A stretch of 64,000 nt of DNA from Eledone cirrhosa (GCA_964016885.1 OZ024741.1:168144001-168208000); one strand, 5' to 3'. Counted from the first letter of the stretch, positions 39,237-52,989 are shown. Program-made: numbers and translations. Notes: generated by a model from the letters alone, not told the origin.

Positions 39237-42200
39237 ATGGTGGCTGCCAACTCATTTTCAAGTACGGCCACTACTTTATATCCATGTAGGAGAACCCCTA
39301 CCGATGCGCTGAACGAGTGTGGCTTTTTAGTCCAGCCAGCGACTTGAAAACTCTGGAACAAACATGACACTTGTGACAATTATTGACACCTAGTGCTGGG
39401 CCTATGGTACCATGTGACCCAAAGTGTCATGTGAGATCACTACTCGACCTGCATACCCTTCCACAAACATCACATGTCGTCGTCTGATGAACACTTATAG
39501 CTCCACAGGTGCCTGCTTCCCTGTTCTTGTGCACTCTCAGGTGACTCTTTAGACCTGCCATGCTCAGACAAACCCTATTACAGGTCTCACATGTCAGGTC
39601 AGGCCATCTGTCAGTGCCTTCGAGAAGGCCAAAATGGATTCCCTTCCGGACATCTCTTTTTAGTGTCGCGTGCCTTCTTGTTTCCTCAAATAGACTCTTG
39701 CCACTAGCCACTGCTTTCCTCCAATGCGATCGGTCGCTAGCGCATGCTTCCCATTGCACACAAGGGATGTTACTTTTCTTGAGCGCCCCCTTGATGCAGT
39801 CCTTAAAACGCATCTTGGGTTTGCTCGCGTTCTTTTTTCCCATTTGGAGCTCGCCATAAAGCAGCTGCTTCGGCATTCGCTTGTCATACATCCTTACAAG
39901 ATGGCCTGTCCAGCGCAGCTGATGTTTCAAAATCAAGGACTCGACACTATCACAGCCACTTCTGTCCAGAACCTCGACGTCACTGACAAACATTTGCCAA
40001 GTTATGCCGAGGATCCGACGTAAGCAGTACTGGTGGAACCTCTCAAGTTGCTTCATCTGTCTACGGTAGACCACCCACATCTCACAAGCACAAAGAAGTG
40101 CCGCGAGCACACACGCATGATACACTTTGAGCTTTGTCTTCACCGAAATTCCGTGTTGAGACCAGAGACGCTTGTTCAGTTTTCCAAAAGCATCACTGGC
40201 TTTCTGTATCCTGTTTGATATTTCCCCATCAAGATCGCAGGACATATTCAGAGTGCTTCCAAGATATACAAAACTACCAACGACCCTTAGCCTTTCACCA
40301 TAAACCAAGACGTTGGGCTCACAACATGGCTTCCCAGGGGCTGGTTGGTACATGGCTACTGTCTTTTTCAGGCTTATGGTAAGTCCCAATGCAGTACACG
40401 CATTAGAAAATGCATCCATGAGATGCTGCATATCAATTTCTGTGTGCGCTACCAGGTCACAGTCATCTGCATAAAGCAAATCCCTGATTAGTGACACGTG
40501 AACCTTTGACTTAGCATTAAACCTCCTGGCATTAAACAGCTGTCCAGTTGATCGATAGCGAACATATATACCATGATTGCAGTTCTAGAAGGCCTGTTCG
40601 AAGACAATGGAGAAGTACAAAGCAAAGAGCGTTGGAGCTGGAATGTCACCCTGTTTGACTCCATTCTCGACCGTCACCAGCTCAGAGAGCTTTCCACCAA
40701 CATTTACCCATGCCTTCATGTCATCATGAAACAAACGCAAAATGGAAACAAACTTCTCAGGACATCCCAGCTTCCTCAAGATATCCCATAAAGCCTTTCT
40801 GTTGACCGTGTCAAACGCCTTTGTCAGATCAACAAACACCTGGTAGAGATCCACATTCTGCTCAACACACTTTTCCTGCAGTTGTCTGGCTGTAAAGATC
40901 ATGTCCACAGTGCCACGCCCAGCCCGAAAGCCCGATTGCGATTCTGGTAGAGCTTCATCAGCAATGTGGAGCAATAAACGGTCCAACAGAATTCTACAGA
41001 GAACTTTGCCGACAACAGACAACAGTGATATCCCACGATAGTTTCCGCAGTCATCCGTCTCCCTTTGCCTTGTACAAAACAACCATCACAGCATCCTTCC
41101 AGTCATCGGGAACATGATTGTTGTTCCAGGCATCCAGAACCAAAGAATGAAGTCAGTGCAAGAGATTATCTCCTCCGTGCTTCAAGATCTCAGCATACAG
41201 CCCATCCAATATAGGCGACTTCCCACCATTGAGTTTCCTGACAGCACTTTTAACCTCCTCGATCGTTGGAGGCTCAGCAAGGATTTCCTTTACTGGCTTA
41301 TCAGGTATGGACCTGATAAACTCTTCGTCAACCTCTGAATCCCCATTGAGAACCTCGTCAAAGTGTTCCCGCCATCTGAACAGGATATCATTGGGATCTC
41401 TAAGGAGCTGATTGCCATCCTTTGTCCTAAGAGGCGCAACTGGTGATGTAGGTGGTCCATACACTTCACGAAGAAGATTATACATTGCCTTAACGTCCTT
41501 CACATCCGACACAAGTTGTATTTCATCGGCTTTGTCATTCCACCACTTATTCTTCATTTCACACAATTTGTGTTACACATCAGCTTTTACGAGCTTCAGC
41601 TTATCAGCGATTGCCTTCTGCCGGTCGGTGCTTAAATCCCTACCAAGCAATGCGGAGTGGAGAATATGTTTCTCCTCCAAAAGCTTGTCTATAAGCTTGT
41701 CATTTTGGTCAAACCAATCCTGATGCTTCTTATCCGTGAATCCAAAAACATCAGCACATGCCCCATAAACTGCCTCCTTAAAGGAAGTCCAGTCGTTTCC
41801 GCACTCTAATGCATCCATCTTTTTAACCAGATTTTCTCTGACTTCAGGATCCTTCAGACGGACAATGTTCAGCCGTTTCGGAAGTGATACCCCTCGCCGT
41901 TTCTCCCTTTTACGAACTACACATCTTGCTCTTGCTCTCACCAGACGATGGTCGGTCCAACACTCTGCCCCACGCATCACACGAACACTGCACAGATCCT
42001 GTACATCCCGCCGCCTCACAAGGACATAATCAATCAGGTGCCACTGTTTCGATCCAGGATGCATCCATGTTGTCTTGTATTTGTCCTTCTGTTGGAACAT
42101 AGTGCTGCCAATGAACAAGTCCAGCTCAGTGCACATTTTCAATAACAAGAGTCCATTGCCATTGCACTTTCCGACCCCATGCTTGCTCAGAGCTCTCCAG

Positions 42201-43130
42201 GTCTCACAATCACGGCCCATGCGAGCATTAAAATCTCCAAGAATGAAAATGTTGTCTGCTGCAGGCACTTTCCAGACAAGAGACCTTAATTCGTCATAAA
42301 AAGCCTGCTTTGCTTCATCAATGCATTCCATAGTTGGTGCATAAGCACCAATCACGGTTACATATCTTCCACCCTCTAGAGGAACTCTCACAGTGATCAG
42401 TCTGTCACTAACGCCCGTCGGCAGCTCCTGAAGATGGTCTGTTATATGACAAAAACGACACCAGCTTCCCTCCTTCCTTCCCCTCCAGAAAAACGTATAT
42501 CCACTGGATTTCTATGTGAAAAGCCCTCACCATGAAGTCGGATTTCTGAGAGGGCCACAACATCCATATCATAATGCCTGAGCTCCTTGGCAACCAATGC
42601 CAATCTTCTTTCAGGTCGCTGTACATTTGTTTCAATATCAAGCAAAGTATGCACATTCCAGCACCCAAAATTGAGTGGTTTGCACACAGCAGACTGATGA
42701 CGACCGGGCCCAGAATGCGGCACCCTGGGACACCTGCCGGGCCAGACCCTTTCACATGATGCTGATCCAGAGCCCTTATTGCCATTTACTTCAATTGTGT
42801 TAGGTACCTTCATTGTAATATAGTTTGCCTTTTTAGGCTACGGCCAGCCAGAGTTCCACATCAAGATGACAAGTGCAGAGAGATCTCCAGATATAAAGCA
42901 ATACCCGTGCCGTGAAGCTTTTATAGTGAGCAAAGGCACTGCACAAAGCCAGTCCCTCTCTCTTAACCAAGATGATATTTACCAAAAAGAAGAACAAGTC
43001 AACATCATTGGATACCATCAGGGTTGCAGGTGTTATATCAGAGTTTTCCTTCTCCTAGAATTCTGCCTTGACAAAGGCTAAGGGGTCATCTCTCCCGGTG
43101 ATTTTGGATGGCCATTGACTCTTAAGAACT
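39237..43130 (-). mobile_element. Near full-length RTE (BovB-like) LINE with disrupted EN-RT ORF
   Basis: WNVHTL, ALSEIR, AYAPT, LGDFNA, WMHPGSKQWHLIDY, TDHRLV, NYRGISLL, QSGFR, FVDLTKAFD, GVKQG, RYRSTGQLFN, LLYADD, C-terminal C2H2 zinc fingers; stops at ~41573 and ~40585 plus frameshifts; 5' UTR motif CTAGGAGAAGGAAAACTCTG. Confidence 0.93.
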
Positions 43131-43148
43131 CCTTACATACATACATAC

Positions 43149-43215
<67 letters not shown>

Positions 43216-43221
<6 letters not shown>

Positions 43222-43570
43222 ATGCCCCCTCGTTATCGAGTAAGGCCATTGCACGATATACCATTATTAATAATTATTAATTAATTCTATCGTGCAATGC
43301 CTGTGCGTGAAGATATTTTTTAAAGTGAGGAAAGACTGTGCACTGAGCCAATTCTACTCTCAGAGCGACAGTGGCTATAACCCGAAAAGAAGAACAGATC
43401 AACATCATCAGTAACTACTGTGCCGCAGGTTTTATATCGGAGTTATCCCAGTTTCCTGAGTTGCCTTCTCCTTGAAGTATGCCCCGACAAAGGCTAGGGG
43501 GTTCTTCACTCCCAGTGGTTTAACCGCGCGACCGGGTGTCCAGCCCGACTATTTCTATGTCCCCGCACAT
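43216..43570 (-). mobile_element. Second bipartite RTE-derived short element (diverged RTE 5' UTR + RTE-type tail)
   Basis: Similar to 42900-43100; tail TCGATAACGAGGGGGCATCCATCAT. Confidence 0.6.
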
Positions 43571-43639
43571 ATACATGTGTACACACATGTATATACACAT
43601 ATACGTACATATGTACATGTGTATATACATATTTACACA

Positions 43640-43805
43640 CTTTTGGATGGCCGTTAACTCTTTTGTTTATTGTCCTGCAGAGTGTCCAAAATCACCCTCC
43701 TCACCAAGTAAACTTGGTGGGGTTGGCAGTTTAGTTGCCGACGACCCGTCCATGTGACAGGTTGTACTGGGTTACATGTTACCAGTAGCACTCAAGTGTG
43801 ACCCA
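43640..43805 (-). mobile_element. RTE 5' terminal segment
   Basis: Homologous to 26810-27001. Confidence 0.75.
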
Positions 43806-43948
43806 ACATAAATACATACATACATATATATATAATTTTATGTACATTCTTCCATGATAATATGGGTTAGATGGGTAGTCCTATTTTATATATATATATA
43901 TATATATATATTTCGTTTCTTATTGGCAACATGACCCTCCCAAAGTAT

Positions 43949-43981
<33 letters not shown>

Positions 43982-43983
<2 letters not shown>

Positions 43984-44302
43984 GTGGAACCTCAGTTTGC
44001 AAACTTAATTCATTTCTAAAGGCCATTCGTCACCTGAAACATTTGTAAACCGAAACTATTTGTGAAATGTTGAGAGAGAAACTGTGCGTGAAAGACTGAT
44101 AAATATTACCATAGTAACTAACTACACACTAAGTGATGCTTTCCCGCTGCCATTACTCCCAACTTGTAAGCAACTGTTATTGCTGGCTTACATGTTCATT
44201 ACTCAATGCACCATTCATCAACTGAGATATTTTATGTTCAGAAAAGTTGTTCCTAAATCCATTTGTTTATGATATAAGGCATTTGAGAATCTAGTTCCAC
44301 TG
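43982..44302. mobile_element. Tigger/pogo-type MITE
   Basis: CAGTGGAAC...GTTCCACTG terminal inverted repeats, TA on the right flank. Confidence 0.7.
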
Positions 44303-44325
44303 TATTCTCATTCTTAATATATATA

Positions 44326-44657
44326 TGGCTTAGTGGTTAGAGCATTGGCTTTGCAATCAAAAGGTTGTGAGTTCAATTCTCAGACCGGGTGATGTGTTGT
44401 TTCCTTGAGCAAGACACTTTATTTCACATTGCTACAGTTTACTCAGCTGTAGAAATGAGATGATAGGGACTGGGGTCCCTATCATTCCACTGCAAAGTGG
44501 TCGTGGAGGTGCCACGGAAAAAAAGCACCCAGCACTCACTGTAAATGAGGTTGATGTTAAGAAGGGCATCCAGCTGTAGAAATCAAGCCAGAATCAGTTC
44601 CCATCCCACCTTTGCAAGCAGGGAAAAGCGGACGTAAAATGATGATGATGATGATGA
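44326..44657 (+). mobile_element. CORE-like SINE family B
   Basis: Near-identical to 23352-23690. Confidence 0.9.
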
Positions 44658-44668
44658 TAGATATGTAA

Positions 44669-44857
44669 CAATGAATAACCAGTTAAGATTTACAACATTA
44701 TTTTACCCTACAAATGTTTCAATGTAGAAGGGCGAGCTGTGCTTCAATAGATATACTGGGGACTGGTCCGCTCCTCTACATATCCTCAAGAGGTGCAGCC
44801 CACACTCCTACATTGAAACGTTTGTAGGGTAAAATAATATTGCAAATCTTAACTGGT
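44669..44857. repeat. ~60-bp inverted repeat built from a hammerhead-bearing terminus
   Basis: CCAGTTAAGATTT..TTTTACCCTACAAATGTTTCAATGTAG versus CTACATTGAAACGTTTGTAGGGTAAAA..AAATCTTAACTGG. Confidence 0.75.
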
Positions 44858-45274
44858 AATTCTTTGTTATTTTATTAAAATTTTGAGCTCTGCAGTTCAT
44901 ACCATAACAGTCCATAACGTAATCCTTGGAGGTTGAAAATCATCCAGCTTTTTGGATGACTGATTGACCAAGACTACTGATTAGCATCAAGCTTCTATAA
45001 TCTTCACCATATATTGGTAAACTCAAATATAACCTAACATATGTATATATTAAGAATGAGAATATATACATTTATATACGTGTAGGTGTCATGACAAAAA
45101 AGCGCCGAGTCCAAACTGTAAATGTGGTTGGAATTGCGAAAGGCAATCCAGTCATAGAAACCAAGCCAGAAACAGTTCTGTGTGAGTAAAACACAGTCCT
45201 TCAACTTCGTTCTTTCACAACAGGACAGACCGTTCTACCCATGCTAGCATGGAAAATGGACATTAGAAGAAAAA

Positions 45275-45345
<71 letters not shown>

Positions 45346-45980
45346 TAAGAATGAAATTGCAATTTCATGCATAACTCATGTTTTACAAATGACTAGCTTA
45401 AACGACTAGTCTTAATCAATAACAATCAGCTTCATTATTGTTCATTAGATGCAGGAGTGATCAGTATTTGAATATGTTCATGTCTGATTGCAGTTGTTTA
45501 AAATTCTGGGCTGGTCATTTAAAAAGCACATGTTAAGCATGATTACGAATAAAATATGTTAAAATGAAATTTAGATCTCTCATTCTTAATATAAACACTC
45601 TGCATATTATGCCAATAGCAAACAGATATTGGTGTCAATGCACACCTTCAACACTGAATAGCTAATCCATGTAAGAGTGCTGAAACAGGTGTTAATCAGC
45701 TCAAACAAAGGTATATTCAGCTTTTTTATTGATTGTTACATATGTAAAATGTATTGATATCTTTACGTAGTATATTACTACAAATTTTATTAATTTTTTG
45801 TGCTGACTGGTCAAGGCAGGTTTTTTGGAGCTATTTCCAGCACCTATAACGTCTTGTCCTCTTTATATCTGGCCTCACTATTTAAATGTTGTTTTCACAC
45901 CATGTAGACACAATTTGAAATTCTTCCTTTGGTCAGATATATTGCTTTTTGTACAGCATGAGACATATATGAAGACAATC

Positions 45981-46103
45981 TTCACTGATGAGTAAAATTA
46001 TGTCTTTTAATGCATTTCCAAAATCAATAGTTGGTTATCAATAATCGATTACTTAGATCAATATTTTGTGTTAATCTTTGATTTTATGAAACGGCCATCT
46101 GGA
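45981..46103 (+). ncRNA. Type I hammerhead with long (~80 nt) loop II
   Basis: TTCA-CTGATGA-GTAAAATTA..TGATTTTAT-GAAA-CGGCCA-TC-TGGA followed by AATAAA. Confidence 0.65.
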
Positions 46104-46171
46104 TATCAATAAATTTAGTACCACCTTAAAGTATGTAGATATTTTCCTATATATTATTTGCTCTATATTTG

Positions 46172-46508
46172 TGTAGCAGTTGCCTCCCTTGTTGTGACTC
46201 ACAACCCCAATAGATTAACAACATCTAGACGGGAAGTAGAACCCTTTCTGTAACTTCCGGTCAGAACCCTATAAAACTAATAACTTTAAGTTCTCACCCT
46301 TTCATTTGCCCTTCCGGCGCCTGGCCTTCGCCAGGCGTCTTCTGCCAGCCTGCGTTTGCCTGGCAATCAAAACGGTAACTACTGACTTTGCTTCATTCTT
46401 TCGTTTATTCATTGACATGTCAACTATACTGTTAAATTGTTTATTAAATATTATACACACAAACAATGTCTCTTTGTTACATTCATACACCGCTAGTTCT
46501 TCGCTACA
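46172..46508 (+). mobile_element. Gypsy 5' LTR (337 bp)
   Basis: TGTAGC...GCTACA termini; TATAAAA inside; followed by a primer-binding site. Confidence 0.88.
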
Positions 46509-46509
46509 T

Positions 46510-46524
46510 TGGTGACACCCCGAA
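46510..46524 (+). promoter_or_regulatory. Primer-binding site, probably tRNA-Trp
   Basis: TGGTGACACCCCGA resembles TGGTGACCCCGA, complementary to the tRNA-Trp 3' end. Confidence 0.65.
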
Positions 46525-47913
46525 AAAAGAAAAAAATAGCAGAATCTGGTGTTGTGTGAGTAACATTACGAATACACAGCAAATTTATTGACAAACTATG
46601 AAAATAATCAGTCAAAGAAACGCACATGCGAAACTTTCGTGCAGACAGACTTTTTCTCTCACGCATCAACTAACTGTCGCAGTTTGCTGTGTATATATAT
46701 ATGTTTCTCCAAGAAACGAACACACCACGTACATGTGAAATTCGCGTTCAGACATACTTTTTCTCTCACGCATCAACTAACTGTCGCATTTCACGATATA
46801 TATATGTTTCTCGTTTCCTACAACGAACACTTTCAAAAAAAAAAAAAAAAAGAAAGAAATTTGATATTTTTTTTTTTTAAAAACATTTCAACAGGAACAT
46901 TTATTTTCGATGAACCATTGCCTTTTTTTTTTCATCGTTTCCTTCATCGTTCAAGTTTTTTTCAAAGTTCACACCAATAATTATGCTAAGTGAAGCCTTT
47001 CTTTTTCATAATTGTCACTTTCACACACACATTTTTTTCAAAATTGCTGCCAACGACCTGTTGCACTTTCATTTTCTCGCGCGTTAGAAATAGTGTTTTT
47101 TTCAACCTAACTTAACCTTGTATTGGCACGTGTAGGCAGCACAAATTCTCAACTCACGGAGATATCTCGACTCACAGAGATAGCCGCACGCCAGAGATAA
47201 GGTTTCTCGCCAAGGATTCTTCAGCTTTAAGCTATATTCTCCTATTTGCCGGTTTAAAAATTTACCACGTAAATTTGCCGTTGAAAACTGCGCATTTATT
47301 CAGAATGCTTATTTCTTTGGTCGCTGGCCTCTTGACCCTTCCAGGTCAACGCATTCTCAACATCGACCATCAACTTCGGCTGTTATTTCTAGCACTTTGC
47401 GCAACTCATTTTTTCTGAAAAAAATTTTTTTACTGTGAATTTAAACACCGAATACGCTCGCTCCGCGAGACAACAACATCAACAGCAACACAGCTTCACC
47501 AACAACCAAAACCAGCAGAACAAGCCAGAGAATTTATTTTTGCAGCACTCTTCCTGTGAGAAAATCCATTCGGAGGTTGGAAATTTCACGATATACCACA
47601 AAACAGAAACCACCTGCATTCATTCTCTGGAACACACTTTCTTTCCTGCTGTCATGTGATTGCACACTTGTGAACTATATTTTGTACATTTGAACTTTGA
47701 GCTCTTCTCTTACTTTATTACATTGTATCTTTGGGTGATGGATAGATAGATGTCCAGTCGTTCTCTGGCCAAGAGCGGTTGGCTACCTTGATATCTATCA
47801 TTGATTTTTGCAAACATTCTTTTGTCGTAATTTTCATGCCTGTTACAACATTCTCGCCAACTTGCTACATATTTCATTCGATTTTTATATTCTAAAATTC
47901 TGGCGGGAGGTTA

Positions 47914-48065
47914 TGTAACAGTTGCCTCTCTTGTTGTGACTCACAACCCCAATAGATTAACAACATCTAGACGGGAAGTAGAACCCTTTCTGTAACTTCC
48001 GGTCAGAACCCTATAAAACTAATAACTTTAAGTTCTCACCCTCTCATTTGCCCTTCCGGCGCCTG
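47914..48065 (+). mobile_element. Truncated second copy of the same LTR, preceded by a polypurine tract
   Basis: Near-identical to 46172-46323; GGCGGGAGG at 47902-47910; breaks at GGCGCCTG and joins pol. Confidence 0.88.
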
Positions 48066-50988
48066 TCGACCCCTATCTTAGGAGCCGATTTCCTGCATCA
48101 TTTCGGTCTCCTGGTAGACATTAAAAATAGACGACTGGTCGACAGCACCACACAGCTTACTGTGCGCGGTATAGCCGCTCGTATGGCCACAGTAAGCCCA
48201 ACTGTTATGCTCACAACGACGACTCCTCACAGCACTATCCTGAAAGAATATCCGGACGTCGCTCGACCATTATTCCATAACCAGCCGATCAAGCACGAAA
48301 TCACCCACCACATCAAAACCAGTGGTCCACCTGTTGCTGCGAGACCCAGAAGGTTACCACCTGATCGTTTAAAGGCCGTCAAGCGGGAATTCCAGCATAT
48401 GCTCGACCTTGGAATTATCCGTCCGTCCAGCAGCAACTGGTCCTCGCCGATACACTGCGTCCCAAAAAAATCATCGACCGATTGGCGAGTTTGCGGTGAT
48501 TATCGATCGCTGAATAAAAGCAGTCAGCGATGCTTATCCAGTCCCTTATCTGCAGGATTTTTCTAGCTCGCTGCATGGAGCTCGCATTTTTTCCAAGATC
48601 GACCTTGTGCGAGCATACAACCAAATCCCAGTGGAACCTGCGGACATCCCGAAGACAGCACTCACTACACCTTTCGGAATGTTTGAATTCCTGTGTATGC
48701 CTTTCGGTTTACGCAACGCAGCACAGACATTCCAAAGGTTTATAGACATGGTTACCAGAGGTTTACCTTTCGTCTATGCCTACATAGACGACATACTCGT
48801 CGCCAGTAGCTCGGACGAAGAACATCACCAACACCTACATCTGCTGTTCGAACGTCTGCGAAAATACGGCATTGTTGTCAACCCGAGCAAATGTTCGTTC
48901 GGAGTTGCTTCCCTTCATTTCCTCGGTCACATCGTCGATAAGGGTGGTATTCGTCCCCTGCCCGAGAAAGTCAAGGCCATCGTGGATTTTCCACCACCCA
49001 CATCTCTCCGCAAATTAAGGGAATATCTCGGGCTAGCGAACTTCTATAGAAGGTTTATACCCCACCTCGCTGAGATAGCGCAACCGCTCACAGATTTGCT
49101 ACGTCATCGAACTTGCAAAAACACGAACATTGCCCTGGATGAAAAGCAACTCGCCTCTTTCGATGCCCTGAAAAAAGCGTTATCCAACGCTACTATGTTG
49201 GTTTATCTAAAACCAGACGCCCCACTGTGTCTACTCGTCGACGCATCCGATTCCGGAGTTGGAGGTGTGCTGCAGCAGCTTGTTGGCGGCATATGGCAAC
49301 CATTGTCCTTCTTTTCGAAGCGGTTAAAACCCGCGCAAACGAAATACAGCACATTCAGTCGGGAATTATTAGCGGCATACCTGGCCGTTAAGCATTTTCG
49401 ACACATGCTAGAAGGTACAAATTTTGCCATATACACCGACCACAAACCACTCATATATGCATTTAACACCAAGCCGGATCGCCACTCGCCGAGAGAAATC
49501 CGCCACCACGACTTCATATCGCAGTATACGACGGATATACGCCACATCAAAGGGACGACCAACTTAGCAGCCGATGCACTTTCACGCACACAGATCAATG
49601 CTATCCACACCACTGCTACAATTGATCTGGCACGTATAGCAGTTGACCAGGAGAATGACGAAGAGCTTCTAAAGCTCCGGAATTCGTCATCTCTGAAATT
49701 TCAGCATGTTCCGCTACCATCGTCCACGGCCCACATTTGGTGTGATATCTCCACCGGTCACCAACGCCCGTATGTGCCACATAAACATCGGCGAGAAGTT
49801 TTCTCTGCTCTGCATACTCTGTCACATCCTGGTATTCGCTCCACTCAAAAGCTGATATCGACCCGTTTTGTGTGGACCAGTATCAACAAGTATATCAGAG
49901 AATGCTGTGTCGCGTGCCAAAAAGCGAAAATCTACCGGCACATAAAATCACCAATCGGTTCCTTTTCGCAACCTGACGCACGATTTCAGCACGTTCACAT
50001 TGACATCGTGGGACCTATGCCACCTTCGCAGAATTATACATATCTGCTTACCTGCGTCGATCGTTTTTCGCGATGGCCCGAAGCTTGGCCCTTATCTGAT
50101 ACATCGGCAGAAACGGTCGCCAAAACGTTGATATCACAATGGGTTTCGCATTTTGGCACACCCGCAACAATCACCACCGACAGGGGACGACAGTTCGATT
50201 CCCACCTTTTCACCGAGCTGACTCGTCTCCTCGGGTGTAAACACACCCGCACTACGGCTTACCACCCTGCAGCAAATGGCATGGTCGAACGCTTTCACCG
50301 CCAACTCAAGGCATCCATAAAAGCATCTACAGACAGTTCTCACTGGCTGGAACATCTCCCTCTCATCCTCCTTGGTATACGATCCACGGTTAAGGAGGAA
50401 CTTGGATATACTCCGGCTGAACTCGTTTATGGCACAGCACTCACCTTACCTGGGCAGATGATCGAACCTGTTTCATCAAAAGATTTTCCTGACCCAGCAC
50501 AATATGTGCACCGACTACGGACATCGATGTCGCATTTGTCATCTGCAGGCCCCAGACAACAGAACGTCGTTTCACATGTCCCCAAAGACATCAACACGTG
50601 GACTCATGTTTTCGTGAGGAATGATGGGATACCATCTCAACTTCGGCCACCATATTCCGGGCCCTACAAAGTTATCGAAAGAGAACCCAAGTATTTCGTT
50701 CTCGGTATTAGAGGTAAACGAAATACGGTATCAATCGATCGGTTAAAAATAGCCTTCATCGAGGAGGACTTACATTCAGTTCCCTCCGTTCTTCGAACCG
50801 ACTCATCACCTCCAACAAACACCACAGATTTTGCACAACCCCGGCACACCAAATCGGGAAGAAAAGTTCGATGGCCCGCAAGGTTTTCGGGTAAGTCCCA
50901 ACACTTAACCTACCCATCTTCTTTAATGAAATGCATTCATCAACACATAACTCGCATCACCCACATACAGACCCAAAGAAATCATTGA
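48066..50988 (+). pseudogene. pol: Ty3/Gypsy pol (protease tail, RT, RNase H, integrase with GPY/F), one frameshift ~48520
   Basis: [84 protein letters not shown]; RT-RH-IN order. Confidence 0.93.
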
Positions 50989-51524
50989 ACATTGGTATAT
51001 ATATATTTAAAAAAAAAAAAAAAAAAAAGGGAAAACAAAGAAACGTCTCAACGAAAAACTATCTGTATGAACTTTTACTGAACATTTTACAAACGAACTT
51101 TTTTCGATGAACATTTCTTTCATTTTTAAAGTGTACACATGTTTTGCTTTCTTTTTTAAATGTTTTGCCTTTTTGTATAAATATTTTGCTACACGTATGC
51201 TTACACACACTTACAACAGTCACTTTCTCATGTGTGCTACCACTCGATCTTTTGCGCCACTGAAAGTCGCCTCGCCTCTATTAGACCCCTAGTGGGTCGA
51301 TTAATTAATAGACGCACACCTTTCAAAGCGTCAACAATTCTGCCATTTAGCACACATCAACATCAAAACTTTATTTCATATTTTTTATATTGCATGTTTT
51401 TGACATACATTCATTTGTCTGTTACACTGTGTAAATTTTTCTGCATACTCACACAAAAAAAAAAAAAAAAAAACATTTCCAACATCGTTCGATCTCTGTG
51501 GTTTTCTCACTAGAAGGGTGGTAG

Positions 51525-51758
51525 TGTAACAAATAACACTTCCTTCTCCAAGCCTAGATTCGAAACCGAATCCAAGAATTCTCGCTGTTCAAAATCACGA
51601 CGACAGACGCCAAAGAAAGGTTTTCTCTTTGTCCTGTCAAAAAGTGATTGATCGCCTCCCTTTGACCTACGACCTCAGCTAGGTCAAGCCAAAGTCAAAT
51701 TGACCGAAGGACGTAGAAACTCTGTTGCGGTATGTCTATCATTCTAGCCACCGCAACA
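51525..51758 (+). mobile_element. Putative 3' LTR of the pol-bearing element (unrelated to LTR 46172)
   Basis: Polypurine tract AGAAGGGTGGTAG immediately before TGTAAC; ends CGCAACA. Confidence 0.55.
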
Positions 51759-52375
51759 TTATATATATGAGAGTCAAGGGAAACCCAAACACAGAGAGCT
51801 GGTCTGACACCACACAGAGAGACCTACTGTGTCAGATGAACTACACACACTCACACAAACATATTCATTCTAACACACCAGTTCCACAAATGTATCCTGG
51901 TTCTATTTTCTAACAGCTCGTAGCAGTTGTCAACATAAACATTTTTGTATGTAGTAAAGCATGATGTGTACATAACCACAAATTAAGTTCCAGTGAAATA
52001 AATTATTTTTATAATGAATCCATTCACCTACTTGTTCATTTTTCCGGCATAGACATGCCTTATCAATATTTCACCATTATACACACACAACCACTACATA
52101 TGTGTGTACAAATTGCTACGTGTTTCTCAAAAGATATATGCCTTTTTCTCCTCACTCTATATATATATCATTAAAACTTGTATATATATATATATATATC
52201 ATCAACATCATTCAATATCTGTTTTCCCTGCTGGCAAGGGTTGGACAGGTCTTCACAAACTGTGTCAGTGGTGAAGCAGGTCAACTGACATCCGAAACAG
52301 GCTGGGAGTCTGAATTCTCAATCTACTGACTGCATTTTATCATGGCACTATATATATCATTTCATTCATTTCATT

Positions 52376-52612
52376 TTCCGTCCGCTTTTTCCCTGCTTGC
52401 AAAGGTGGGACAGGAACCGAGTCTGGCTTGATTTCTACAGCTGGATGCCCTTCCTAACAGCAACCTCATTTACAGTGAGTGCTGGGTGCTTTTTTGCCGT
52501 GGCACCTCCACGACCATTTCGCAGTAGAATGATATGGACCCCAGTCCCTATCATCTCATTTCTACAGCTGAGTAAACGAGCAATGTGAAATAAAGTGTCT
52601 TGCTCAAGGAAA
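52376..52612 (-). mobile_element. CORE-like SINE family B, 5'-truncated
   Basis: Reverse complement of ~23430-23675. Confidence 0.85.
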
Positions 52613-52902
52613 CATATATGTATGTATATATATATATATATAGGGAGTGTAACTTGGAGTCACTGTAGGTTCACTCGGGTGAGCACTCGACGTTTAGGTT
52701 CACTTCTGTGTCGAGGTGTAGAGCTATATAGAGTGTATTATATTGAAAAGATAACAAGGACGAAGGTATAGGTATGTCCTTTAGGGAGGAAGTGTTGTAG
52801 AACAATTCCATGGTGTTCCAGGTAAGCGCTCGACTAAGAAAGGAGCTAAATATCTAGGGAGTGTAACTGTATTTATATATATATAAATATATATATATAT
52901 AA

Positions 52903-52933
<31 letters not shown>

Positions 52934-52989
52934 AGTGTTGGAAATCGTGACTGGGAAAAATTTACTAAATTCTAGACAGGACAGAATAT

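Noticed and set aside
51995-52075. Further hammerhead-like motifs (also ~35510-35555, ~36975 and ~58855-58950)
   Set aside because: Two or more core mutations and weak stem I; cannot be separated from chance by eye
52641-52868. Short element bounded by TAGGGAGTGTAACT direct repeats
   Set aside because: Cannot distinguish a TSD, solo LTR or PLE fragment without other copies
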